32,000 bases of DNA from Candidatus Brocadia sp. GTDB lineage: Bacteria > Planctomycetota > Brocadiia > Brocadiales > Brocadiaceae. Positions 8,440 through 18,004 of this stretch are shown one piece after another (position 1 is the stretch's first letter; every line of letters begins with the position of its first letter). A program made the translations under genes and the position numbers. The notes beneath the pieces are model-generated. The model was not told the origin of the DNA. It saw only the letters and a list, made by a program, of their open reading frames with translations, and made no database searches. Location: positions 1,590,001-1,622,000 of the forward strand of contig CP091279.1 of the NCBI GenBank assembly GCA_021650915.1. Direction: 5' to 3'.

Positions 8440-9117
8440 TTAGAGATTCTTATTTTTCTTTTGAAGCACCTTTGGGCCGGGTTTCTGCTTATTGAGCATT
8501 CTCCCAAGGACATTTTCAAGCCTGACTATAAAACGGTTAGTGCCCAGAGGTCTTCCGGTTCGCTCGTGACATCGAAACCTTTCGACTTCTTCATCTGATA
8601 GACCTCTGGAAAGAAAATCACTCCACTTGCCAAACATTTCAAGCAACGGAGCTACATGCACAAGCCGATCATCTCGTCCAGCAATGTGTGCAGATGCACT
8701 GCTCCATCGGTACCCCTGTGGTTTCTTAACCAAATTTGCCCTCACAGGATTCAGTTCAACATAGCGTGCGGCTACGTACAGATGGGTTTTGTCCATGGGA
8801 AAAGAGGCAAAACGTCCTTGCCATAGGTGTCCTCCCCAGCCTTCCCGGAAGTTTACGCGACGCGTGTAGCGCCGATGCGTTTCGCCAATTGCCTGACTAA
8901 GTGCCTTTTCAGACGGCGGAACTGCAATCAGGTGTACATGGTTTGGCATCAGGCAATAGGCCCATACTTCAACGTTCCAGTGTGTACACCACTGAGACAT
9001 CAGGTCTATGTACGCCTCATAATCCTCGTCGCAGAAGAATGTCTGTAAACGTCGATTTCCCCGCTGAGTAACATGATGTGGAACTTCCGGTACGACTACA
9101 CGAGCAATTCTGGACAT
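8440..9117 (-). CDS. IS200/IS605-type Y1 (HUH) transposase, REP-associated tyrosine transposase-like
   Basis: ARVVVPEVPHHVTQRGNRR at the N-terminus, the HUH motif in LMPNHVHLIAV, WQGRF, and the Tyr region AARYVELNPVRANLV...YRWSS. The ATG at 9117 is preferred over the GTG at 9123 (homologues begin M-x-R-x-AR). Confidence 0.75.
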   Translation of the reverse strand: MSRIARVVVPEVPHHVTQRGNRRLQTFFCDEDYEAYIDLMSQWCTHWNVEVWAYCLMPNHVHLIAVPPSEKALSQAIGETHRRYTRRVNFREGWGGHLWQGRFASFPMDKTHLYVAARYVELNPVRANLVKKPQGYRWSSASAHIAGRDDRLVHVAPLLEMFGKWSDFLSRGLSDEEVERFRCHERTGRPLGTNRFIVRLENVLGRMLNKQKPGPKVLQKKNKNL

Positions 9118-9140
9118 GCACACATCTTAACTATTTTCGG

Positions 9141-9176
9141 TTCTTCTCCCAATTAGTCAATAAGAATTGAGAAGAA
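9141..9176. repeat. Imperfect palindrome upstream of the Y1 transposase gene
   Basis: TTCTTCTCCCAATT - agtcaataag - AATTGAGAAGAA: 12 bp pair, with a 2-nt bulge. Confidence 0.5.
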
Positions 9177-9230
9177 AATCCTTTAAATCAGTGAAAAGAG
9201 TGGACATTTGGTGTTTCCTATAGATAGATA

Positions 9231-10324
9231 TAGTTCGTTGCATTGATTATGTTAAATAATTCTCAAAGAATTTCTTGGTCAATTCAGGGTTCTTCTGTAT
9301 TTTTCTAAGCGCTCCAATGACTAAACGTCCAAGTTGTTTTTTGTCCTGTGCCTGGTGATTCTTTAGCGTGACATGCTTCATATGCCGCCAAACTTTTTCA
9401 TCCGGATTCAGATCCGGTGAGTACGGCGGCAGATGGAATACGCGTAGCTTCGATGACCCCTCATTCAATGCTTTAATTCTTTTGGCAACATGGCAAGGCG
9501 CTTGGTCCATGATCACCGCCACCTTACGCCGCGGATGTTGCACGCTAATTTGATTCAGAAATTCCATAAGAACCTGGGCGTTAACTTTTCGTTTCTCCAG
9601 ACGGAAACACATCCTGCCAGATGGCGAAATCGCCGACATGGCCAAAACGCCGCCCCGTTTCCCGGTCACACGCACAACGGGGGTTTCTCCTATCGGAGCC
9701 CATGTTTTTCCAATAACAGGCGCAAGGGAAACGCCCGACTCATCCTCAAAATAGATAATAGCCCGGTTTTTCTGAGCCCACTTCTGAATTTCAGGCCACT
9801 CCTTGCTAATCCATGTCTTTACCAAATCCATGTCTTGCTGTGAATAACGTTTTTCCGGCTTTTGAAAACTCAAACCCAACCGAACCAGATATCGCCATAT
9901 TGTGCTGCGATCCAAATTCACTTTTCCTTCTCGCCGGAAAAGAATTCTAACATATGTTCCGGTCCACAGCGGAGTCGAAAAACCATATTTTGTCGCGACA
10001 TTCTGCAAAACACTTTGCAACCATCTTAAATCATCCGCATTTACAATTCGCGCCTTGCCCTTTGCTTTGCGTTCCTTAAGCGCCTCTATACCACCACGAC
10101 GGTATTGAGAGAACCACCTTGAGACACTTTCATACTTAATGCCAAATATCTCGCCTATTTCTTTAACGGAATAATGCATCTTATCCCTGAGCGTGATCGC
10201 CCGGATTCGATAAGACTCCAATACCTCCCTTGACAGCTTCCTTCCGTCATCTTTCATGCTCCTATTTTACAACATTTTATCTAGCAATGAAACTAATTAT
10301 TAACTTAATTAATGCAACAATCTA
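9231..10324 (-). mobile_element. IS630-family insertion sequence (1094 bp)
   Basis: Terminal inverted repeats TAGTTCGTTGCATTGATTA (9231-9249) and TAGATTGTTGCATTAATTA (reverse complement of 10306-10324) match 16/19. A TA dinucleotide flanks both sides (9229-9230, 10325-10326), the family's characteristic target duplication. Confidence 0.85.
9247..10257 (-). CDS. IS630/Tc1-mariner-type DDE transposase (336 aa)
   Basis: N-terminal HTH (YSVKEIGEIFGIKYESVSRWF). Catalytic blocks IIYFEDESG, VIMDQAPCH and PPYSPDLNPDEKVW. Confidence 0.9.
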   Translation of the reverse strand: MKDDGRKLSREVLESYRIRAITLRDKMHYSVKEIGEIFGIKYESVSRWFSQYRRGGIEALKERKAKGKARIVNADDLRWLQSVLQNVATKYGFSTPLWTGTYVRILFRREGKVNLDRSTIWRYLVRLGLSFQKPEKRYSQQDMDLVKTWISKEWPEIQKWAQKNRAIIYFEDESGVSLAPVIGKTWAPIGETPVVRVTGKRGGVLAMSAISPSGRMCFRLEKRKVNAQVLMEFLNQISVQHPRRKVAVIMDQAPCHVAKRIKALNEGSSKLRVFHLPPYSPDLNPDEKVWRHMKHVTLKNHQAQDKKQLGRLVIGALRKIQKNPELTKKFFENYLT

Positions 10325-10426
10325 TAGTTTAGCTAAAATAACGAAATAGCGTTGCTGGTACAAGTGCTTTTTAAAGATTCTCATTTAAACTCATTCCTTA
10401 GCAAATGGTATTTTTTGATATTTTAT

Positions 10427-12556
10427 TTACTTGGCTATATCAAAGCGCAAGTTGCTGCTTCCTTCGCCTCTTCCAACTCTTTTTGTCCGTCCAATCCAAA
10501 GATGTGTCGAGCCATCTACCCACCGACATAAATATGCTTGCCTTGTTACTTGCACACCAGCTCGTGGAATTTCTTCCTCGAGTATACAGTAATTTTCTTT
10601 CTGAATACTCGGATTTAAAAGCCTGATACTTGGATTTAAAATCCTGCCATACGACGGTAATACAAATCTATTTATCTGTTCCCCTACCCCAGGTTGCAGA
10701 TAAGGGCGATCTACTAAGTCCAACATAGCCGCCCGTTCTAATATAATAGCACGATTATCTCCATCACTTTTATGTACCGGAACAAAGGGTATCCAATGAT
10801 CTGGAACCGTGGTTTGTATAATATAGCGCAATAATTTCGCTTGTTCGGTATTTTGATCTTTCTCTTTTGCTTTAGGTTTCCCTTCAATAAATCGTTCATG
10901 TCCTAACCAAGGATTTCCAATCCCATTCTCAGTCGTATGTTCGATTGCCCAAACCATATTTGCCATTTCATCCCGGATAAAGCGCACCTCTTCAATCTCC
11001 TCACCTTTTCTTACGGCTGTAACAATTGATGGGGGAAGAATGAAATAATCTGCAAAGCGATTCCCATCGTTTTGCAGACTGGTAGAAAACATGGACCACC
11101 TTCTGTTTTCCGAAAATTCTTCTTTATCTGCCCGTTCTATGCTGACTTTGCCGCCAAATACATCATGAACTTCCAAGGTAGTTATTTTACATAATGTTCC
11201 CAATTCCTGAGTGAAAGGCAAAACGTACCAATCAATTCCGTGAATTAGCATAAAATCAATAACAGCCAATTTGGCAAGATCTATTTTGCCTGGCTCAATA
11301 TTGCCAAAGTTAACTAACCGGTTTTCAAATTGCCAGAAACGGGAATGGGCCATACCCCTGAAGTTTACATTTGTGGGTATTACGGTCCGATTAATTTGCT
11401 CTGTCTCTCCTGGTTGACGGTCTCTAATAGAATCCATCTGTTCAAAGGTATACCAGTCATATAAACCTTTGCGACTAGGGTCAGCAGAAAACGTGACAAT
11501 CTCATTATCTGGTGTCGTAGCTAAAAATTTAGCCTGATATTCTAATCGGTTCGCCTTCCAATTCTTGCTGTCCTTTCGGTCTATTTCTTTTCCGAAAACT
11601 TTTTCAACCCACCCCTGGAATGCGCTGAGCGCTGATATAAGTTCATCTTTCTTTTGTTGATCTTCGAAAAGAGTAATAATGGGAACGACTTCGTCTCGGC
11701 CTTGATAGAATATTGTTACTTCAGCTGGGAATTTGGCTATTATATCATCGGCGCTTCCTAATGCTTGATAAACAGTTACACCATCAATCGAACTATTAGC
11801 GCAAACACATAAGAAATCCTGTGTTTCCTGATCAATAATTTGGGCTTTGTAAACCCACCACCGATTTGGAAACTCGGCAAAGGAGACCAGGGCATAAATT
11901 TCTGAATTGTTTAAATCTTTAATAACCCAATGTGTTTTCCACTGGACTCCGCTACCTTTCCATTGAGCGAAACTATTATTTGATAGAGAAATGTTTTTAT
12001 TCCGGAATATGTCAACAAATTCATCTGGTACCAATTCACCGGCCATCAAATTTCGATCGGGATCCTGTTGGGGATTTTCCACCGAAAAATCAAAAAGCCG
12101 TTTATTTAAACGAATGGAGCTTCCCTGAGGGATAGGAAAAGCTATTTTAAAGGCTTCTCGAACGGCTAATTTTTCACGGTCGCCCAGCGTTAATTTATTA
12201 AGATACGTTTCTAACCGCTGGCCCAATTCTACACAGGTAGAAATATCGGGTGTGAAGGGTTCATGGTTGACCAATGCCTCCATGGGTTTTGTAGTATGGT
12301 TGAAATCTCCCAAAAGAGGCACTTCTCCTCCTTCTCCAGGAAGCCATGCCTCGAAGCGAGAGATCGTTGCGTTAAATTGTATAAAAATTGGAGATGCAGC
12401 ATCTTCACCTATGAATTCTCCAACTTGCCATTGTCTGGCCAGAAACCAAAGTGGATCACGAACACGAGCTTCTACCCCTCGCTTTAATGATAAATCACGA
12501 TTAGTGCGCGGTCTTGGTTCAAGACGATTCCATGTAGTAATAGTAGGTCCGCTCAT
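10427..12556 (-). CDS. Hypothetical protein (709 aa), last gene of the giant operon
   Basis: Long ORF. AAGGA overlaps the upstream stop, with a 15-nt gap to the 1810-aa gene. No domain recognised. Distinctive strings: RVRDPLWFLARQWQVGEFIGEDAASP, HSRFWQFENRLVNFGNI, GRGEGSSNLRFD. Confidence 0.8.
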   Translation of the reverse strand: MSGPTITTWNRLEPRPRTNRDLSLKRGVEARVRDPLWFLARQWQVGEFIGEDAASPIFIQFNATISRFEAWLPGEGGEVPLLGDFNHTTKPMEALVNHEPFTPDISTCVELGQRLETYLNKLTLGDREKLAVREAFKIAFPIPQGSSIRLNKRLFDFSVENPQQDPDRNLMAGELVPDEFVDIFRNKNISLSNNSFAQWKGSGVQWKTHWVIKDLNNSEIYALVSFAEFPNRWWVYKAQIIDQETQDFLCVCANSSIDGVTVYQALGSADDIIAKFPAEVTIFYQGRDEVVPIITLFEDQQKKDELISALSAFQGWVEKVFGKEIDRKDSKNWKANRLEYQAKFLATTPDNEIVTFSADPSRKGLYDWYTFEQMDSIRDRQPGETEQINRTVIPTNVNFRGMAHSRFWQFENRLVNFGNIEPGKIDLAKLAVIDFMLIHGIDWYVLPFTQELGTLCKITTLEVHDVFGGKVSIERADKEEFSENRRWSMFSTSLQNDGNRFADYFILPPSIVTAVRKGEEIEEVRFIRDEMANMVWAIEHTTENGIGNPWLGHERFIEGKPKAKEKDQNTEQAKLLRYIIQTTVPDHWIPFVPVHKSDGDNRAIILERAAMLDLVDRPYLQPGVGEQINRFVLPSYGRILNPSIRLLNPSIQKENYCILEEEIPRAGVQVTRQAYLCRWVDGSTHLWIGRTKRVGRGEGSSNLRFDIAK
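10605..10646. repeat. 21-bp in-frame tandem duplication inside the 709-aa gene
   Basis: ATACTCGGATTTAAAAGCCTG / ATACTTGGATTTAAAATCCTG (19/21), encoding ILNPSIR/LLNPSIQ. Confidence 0.8.
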
Positions 12557-12571
12557 ATTAATATTTTATCC

Positions 12572-15500
12572 TTAAGGTTTTTTAAAAATACAGTCATCAA
12601 AATCTGTGGAAACGGTATCACAACCATCATCTTGTGGGTCTGCCCCTTTGTTATCAGCCAAACATATCATGGGAAGAAAAGTAAAATTATCCTCCCAATC
12701 ATAATAAGCATGTGTCATTATTTTACCCTCACTTACAAGAAGAGTATCACCGCTTGATTCAACATCCGCTTCATGCTCCCCATCAAATGCCCTGATTTTT
12801 GCATTATCGAGCGTTTGGTTTAGCGAATCAATGATTATATTATGATTCCAATTAGCCACAGGCTGAGGAGGAACGGCTATCAGTACTGCTTCAGGGGCTT
12901 CTGCGCCTGGGCTATCATAATTAAACACTACACCCGGATTCTCCGCGCAATTAGGTATGCTCTCTTCCCAAAAATCCAACAGCAAACCCCCGAAAGGTTC
13001 ACCTTGATTTAATATATTTTGATCTTGCAAAAAAACATGTATGGCTAAACGACCGAATTGCGGTTGGCCATTAAGATTACCAAAAGTGGGGCCGTTTCTG
13101 GGATTACCGAATTCTGCTCCAACCCACCGTGCATTTATTACAGGAAGCTGGATAACCTTTTCAACCATATTCTGGTTTGTATTGAGAGATTTATTGTAGA
13201 GCACAAGCTTTCTCCAACGGCCCAATTTGTGGCTTACTCTTACTACTCGTGCAAACCACTTAGAAAGCGCTTCGTCTCTGTCCTCTCCAAAATCGGGTTC
13301 TTTGTTAAGGGCGTTCTGGAGTTCTTCGACTCGATAAGGCCGGAAAACAGGGATCACTACAAATTGTTTTCCAAATGCCATCTTTATCTTTATTTTTCCG
13401 TCTGAATCTTTTTGACTCTCCATATTTTCGAGACTCTGTTCAATTTTTGCAATAGTTCGTTCTGCATTTTGAACGAGAATTTCTTTATCATCTGTAATAT
13501 ATGGGTATACAGTAGATATTCCGAGGTGAGAGGCACTCTTCAACGATTCTTTCACTTCCTCTATACTCATACTATCGGGATTAGCTTTGTAAAGCCTTAC
13601 CTGAATATCGAGGTCATTTTTAATATGAGTTATTCCTGAATCAAGCTCGATTGCCCGACTGTTCAGTTCATGAGTTTGATGCAGAAAGATAGTATCAACT
13701 TTTTTTACTTTGTTTTCCTCATCAGCAAACCATAGGTCTTCCGGACGAATCGGCCTGGAAACACTTAAGGTATCATAAGCGGCAAGGCATACTTTAAGAG
13801 CAGTGGCTAAATTAATCGTACCTTCTTCCGCTAACATAGAATTGGGAATGTCATAATGAATAAAAAGTATGGAAGCCAATCCTCCTGCTTTATTTTCATG
13901 AGCAAATTGAACAATGCGTTGATAAAGTTCTCCTCCCTCCAGATTACTTTTAGCATTAATAGACATATACAATAAATCTATAGGTTCAACCTCTAAATCA
14001 CTAACCCTGACAGAGACCCTTTCATTATCATCAAAAACAACCTGACATTCAATTTTGTCAGGACGAGGAAGCATGGCGCCCATCCAGGCATTAATCGATG
14101 GCTCAGCACGAGAACGAAGATTGCCACCGGTATTCCAATAATCATTATTAGCATTCATAAGAACAGCTACGCGTTGAGAAAACGAATAACTTCTTCGCGG
14201 TGTTTTGGTCACCAATGGCTCTGGTAAAGCAGCTCCGCGAGACATGGCATCCAATATTGAAGAACCGGCCTCATAATCACTACTAACCAAACGAAATACG
14301 CTTTCAGCCATAAGTAAATCTGTAAGCGCATCAACATTAGTTTCTAAATCAATTAACGCATCTACTAAAGCATCTACTAAAGCAGTCTTTTCAGCATCAG
14401 TGGGCTGAATTTTGACTTCGTTATTTAAGAATGCTTTTATTTTATCTTTTTTTTGATTTTCATCGGTGATATTTTGCAATATTTTCCTCAACTTTTCCCA
14501 CATGGCAAAACCATCTACCACATTTCTGGCGGCAACCATTTCTACTGCCCCATCTATTTTGGATAGCTTCCCTGCTACAACGGGGAATTTTGCACGGAAA
14601 TCGTCAATAAATTTATCTAGCTCAACCCCTTGTTTTTCATGAAGATACCTTTCAAAGAGATACCCTAGTCCGGCGCCAATCGGTTGTCCTTGTCGAATCA
14701 TGTCGATCAAATAGTGGGCTTTGCGGACCCTTGCAGAGGATAAATTAACCGCAAAGGGTTGCTTATCGTTATCCTTGCCGCGCACCAACCAGGCATTTCG
14801 AAGCACGGCTGCTGCGTTTGCTTGTTGCATAGAAGGGGCATAAACATAATCTCCCTTATTAATCATGTAGGCAGAAACTTCCCGTCCACCATCTTGTCGA
14901 ATTATGATTTTTTCGGCACCGCTCTCATGGGGATAAACTGGGCGAATATTCTCTACCCATCCATAGGCCCCGATATAGTTTCTATTGGGGTTATTTTTCC
15001 GTAAATCTTCCAACCTTTTGGCAGCCAGGGAAGTGATCCAGGCATCCAACCGGTAAGCACAGGTATCGAGAGTTTCAGTCATGAGACGTTCTAATTCTGC
15101 TGTTGGTAAATCTGCAAGAATTTCAAGGCTTTTTTTGAAATCGTCAATCCTGCGAAAATTTGGGTTCAATAGATTCAGATTATCAGTAAAAATATATTCT
15201 TCCAAGGTTTTCCCATTGGTTATTCCTGCAACAGGCAGTTTAAAGCGCGACCAAAGGTTAGGTTGTTTTTCTGTTCCTGTCTCTATTCTATGCATCTCAA
15301 ATTCATAGATTTCGGAAGCATCTATCATTTTGGTTTCAAGCAAAATACTATTGCATGAATTAACATATTCCAAACAGGCGCTATGGCGAAGGAGAATGAA
15401 GAACAAAGGTTTCTGTTGCATTTGTTCACCCAAAGCACAAAGCCCTCCAAAGTCAATTGCTGTTCGAATTGCTCGAATATAATTCCTTATATACACCCCA

Positions 15501-18004
15501 TTAAATTCCAAACCACTCCCTTCTTTCCAAAAATTGAAGGAATCATCGAGCGTTTTGGTTTCTGATAGGGGTTCAATAGTTTCTTCTTCCTCAGTTGCAG
15601 GAAGTTGTTTAATAACAATAAGTCCACATTTAAACAAATCTGCATTATCAAAAAAGGTAGCTTTGGAATTTTTAGAGAATTTTGAATATCCTGATGGCAC
15701 TATTATGTTGTAAAGCAAAGAACCCATTCCTGGTTGTTGAGAATATTGTCTAGAATAATAGGAGAAACTGTTACCATCTGGATGCACCTTGGCTGGATAA
15801 TCTTTAAGTTGTGGATAGACCTGATTAACTTTTATAGGATCAATTGGATTTTTCGAGATAGAAACAGAACCAGAATCAGGACCGAAGGGTCCTTTCGTAG
15901 AAACAACCCTTTCTGCATCAATTGCTGTATTATCAACACCATCCGGATCTCCCAAAGACACAATTATACCATCTGTAACTTCTCTTCCTAGAATCTTTCT
16001 CACGTAGTATTCCAGTGAACTGGCACTTGTTGATAAAATTAGTTTGAGATCTTCGAAAGGGTCGCCCCTTAGTCCAACTCTTGGTGCATAATTATTGATA
16101 TAACGCAATAAAATACTTGTTCTCAATAGACTTAATTGCCAATAAAAATAATCAAATGAAAACGAACTGGAATAACTTAGATTGGCTGGATTAGGCACTT
16201 GTAATTGTGTAACAGGAAGAATTCCATAAGGAACATCTCCTATCCGTATAGCAGGAATAGGTCCACGGCCACGAACATAGCGTTCAAAATGCTCTCGAGC
16301 TTTTAAAATTTCATCTTCGGTAAACTGAATGGGAGGATTATGTCTCTGGTCAAAGTCAGGCGCCATCATATGCTTTAAAAAGTATTCAACGGTTGAAGGC
16401 CACAATACCCTCGCCATAGCCATTGCATTGCGCTGTTCCTGCAAGTCAGTACCATAAATGTGATAAATTGTTTGATGAGAGATCCCGATTGCTTTTGAAA
16501 AAACTACTCCATCACCTTGAGGATGTGAAAATCTGTCTCGCCTTTCTCTTCGAAAGCTATTCCTCGTCCTTGGGTCATTTTCTGGAAAACCCGTTTTAGT
16601 ATCTGATGTATTATTTGTTGGTGTACCTTGGGGAATAAATGCCCATCCTTTTGCATAATGATGATTCTCCAATAATTCCCCTATGGTTGCAGTTGCGTCA
16701 TCAGGTTCCATTGAGTGTTTTATTCCAAAAACGAGAATTCTGTCAAATCCCTTATTGAGTTGTTCATGGTCAAGTTTGATTGTCTTTGCCATTCCAACTT
16801 CTTCAGCTTTCGCAAAGTTGAACTGCCATTCCAATTCTTTGGGTACAGCCAAATCACTACCGGGCAATTGATAAAGGTCAGACATATCGACACCAGGTGC
16901 TACCTTTAAAAAGTCTGAGCTTAATGAAAAGGACAATGCTAATCCGTCTGGAATAGGGTTAGAAGTAACAATTTCTGCTTTTTGGAATCGGTCAATACTA
17001 TCGAATTCGTTATTATAGGGCTCGTATTCTTTATACAGTATAATAATCCATCTTTCAGGAAGAAGCCGGGTTTCTGGCATTCGCTGGTGGTTGGGCGACC
17101 GTTTTTGAAGATTTTCAGGAAAGACAGGGTTACTATCGTTTACCGGTAATTCTGCAAAATCATCAATATTCGTGGGTTCGGTCTGCTTTATAATCCAGGC
17201 TGCCCGATTCATGCCAACATTACCAAGTAATTTTGCCCAGGACTCCTGGTGCGCTAATGCCATAGCGGCGGCAGCTTCCCAATATGCCTGACCTTTTTGT
17301 CGCTCTCCTTTATTCAAAGATATTGTACCGGAGCCACCCGGTTCTGAAAGGATTTTGAATTTCAAATCCCCTTCATGTTCTGTCTTGATATGAACGGGCT
17401 TTAATTTATTAATTATTTGCATGGCACGCTGTTCTCCATAGGCGCTAACTATTGTTTGTTTTTTCTCTTTTAATTTATTTGCTTCTGCCCAGGCAGCGGT
17501 CCAGTAGCTTCTACCTTCTGCATCCTCTTGTTCGGTGAGTACCGGCTCATGCATGTCAGCCACAATGGCATCAGGAATAATTCGAATTTTTAGCTCTCCG
17601 TGATACTCCACTGTGTTCCCGCCCTGACTCTCAACTTCTGGTTGGCTATAATGAAAGAAACGGGTTTCCAATTTAACAGGGAAAAAAATAATTGGTGTTT
17701 CTCCATCTAATGACCCCATTTGTAGGAATACATCTACCTCATCAACCTCTTTTCTTTCTTTTTTAATTTCTAAATCCAATTCATTTATTTTATTGCTCGC
17801 GAGTTTAATTTTCTTGATTTGTAACAAAAATTCTTCCCTTTTACCCGCACGGCGCAACTCCAAACTCTCTTTTTTCAAGAGAAGCAGTTCATCTTTCAAT
17901 TGACTAACACGACCTCGTAAAGTCTTTAATTTTATATTTTTTTCTGAAAATTTTTTCATTTTTTTTATCTCATGAATTTTAGGGTGGTAACATATCAGAT
18001 CCAT
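12572..18004 (-). CDS. Hypothetical giant protein (1810 aa), N-terminal coiled coil
   Basis: Uninterrupted 5.4-kb ORF. The maximal start at 18004 overlaps the upstream gene by 26 nt and has no SD. The ATG at 17959 (MKKFSEKN, A-rich leader, 19-nt gap) is more plausible. Residues ~16-95 are K/E/L heptad-rich. Confidence 0.8.
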   Translation of the reverse strand: MDLICYHPKIHEIKKMKKFSEKNIKLKTLRGRVSQLKDELLLLKKESLELRRAGKREEFLLQIKKIKLASNKINELDLEIKKERKEVDEVDVFLQMGSLDGETPIIFFPVKLETRFFHYSQPEVESQGGNTVEYHGELKIRIIPDAIVADMHEPVLTEQEDAEGRSYWTAAWAEANKLKEKKQTIVSAYGEQRAMQIINKLKPVHIKTEHEGDLKFKILSEPGGSGTISLNKGERQKGQAYWEAAAAMALAHQESWAKLLGNVGMNRAAWIIKQTEPTNIDDFAELPVNDSNPVFPENLQKRSPNHQRMPETRLLPERWIIILYKEYEPYNNEFDSIDRFQKAEIVTSNPIPDGLALSFSLSSDFLKVAPGVDMSDLYQLPGSDLAVPKELEWQFNFAKAEEVGMAKTIKLDHEQLNKGFDRILVFGIKHSMEPDDATATIGELLENHHYAKGWAFIPQGTPTNNTSDTKTGFPENDPRTRNSFRRERRDRFSHPQGDGVVFSKAIGISHQTIYHIYGTDLQEQRNAMAMARVLWPSTVEYFLKHMMAPDFDQRHNPPIQFTEDEILKAREHFERYVRGRGPIPAIRIGDVPYGILPVTQLQVPNPANLSYSSSFSFDYFYWQLSLLRTSILLRYINNYAPRVGLRGDPFEDLKLILSTSASSLEYYVRKILGREVTDGIIVSLGDPDGVDNTAIDAERVVSTKGPFGPDSGSVSISKNPIDPIKVNQVYPQLKDYPAKVHPDGNSFSYYSRQYSQQPGMGSLLYNIIVPSGYSKFSKNSKATFFDNADLFKCGLIVIKQLPATEEEETIEPLSETKTLDDSFNFWKEGSGLEFNGVYIRNYIRAIRTAIDFGGLCALGEQMQQKPLFFILLRHSACLEYVNSCNSILLETKMIDASEIYEFEMHRIETGTEKQPNLWSRFKLPVAGITNGKTLEEYIFTDNLNLLNPNFRRIDDFKKSLEILADLPTAELERLMTETLDTCAYRLDAWITSLAAKRLEDLRKNNPNRNYIGAYGWVENIRPVYPHESGAEKIIIRQDGGREVSAYMINKGDYVYAPSMQQANAAAVLRNAWLVRGKDNDKQPFAVNLSSARVRKAHYLIDMIRQGQPIGAGLGYLFERYLHEKQGVELDKFIDDFRAKFPVVAGKLSKIDGAVEMVAARNVVDGFAMWEKLRKILQNITDENQKKDKIKAFLNNEVKIQPTDAEKTALVDALVDALIDLETNVDALTDLLMAESVFRLVSSDYEAGSSILDAMSRGAALPEPLVTKTPRRSYSFSQRVAVLMNANNDYWNTGGNLRSRAEPSINAWMGAMLPRPDKIECQVVFDDNERVSVRVSDLEVEPIDLLYMSINAKSNLEGGELYQRIVQFAHENKAGGLASILFIHYDIPNSMLAEEGTINLATALKVCLAAYDTLSVSRPIRPEDLWFADEENKVKKVDTIFLHQTHELNSRAIELDSGITHIKNDLDIQVRLYKANPDSMSIEEVKESLKSASHLGISTVYPYITDDKEILVQNAERTIAKIEQSLENMESQKDSDGKIKIKMAFGKQFVVIPVFRPYRVEELQNALNKEPDFGEDRDEALSKWFARVVRVSHKLGRWRKLVLYNKSLNTNQNMVEKVIQLPVINARWVGAEFGNPRNGPTFGNLNGQPQFGRLAIHVFLQDQNILNQGEPFGGLLLDFWEESIPNCAENPGVVFNYDSPGAEAPEAVLIAVPPQPVANWNHNIIIDSLNQTLDNAKIRAFDGEHEADVESSGDTLLVSEGKIMTHAYYDWEDNFTFLPMICLADNKGADPQDDGCDTVSTDFDDCIFKKP

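Noticed and set aside
9128-9137. TAACTATTTT is shared between the IS copy 2 flank (3618-3627) and the region upstream of the Y1 transposase. ATAGTTTAG-like similarity also exists between the IS630 target and intron domain VI (about 5617-5630).
   Set aside because: These are 9-10-bp matches found post hoc in AT-rich sequence and are compatible with chance.
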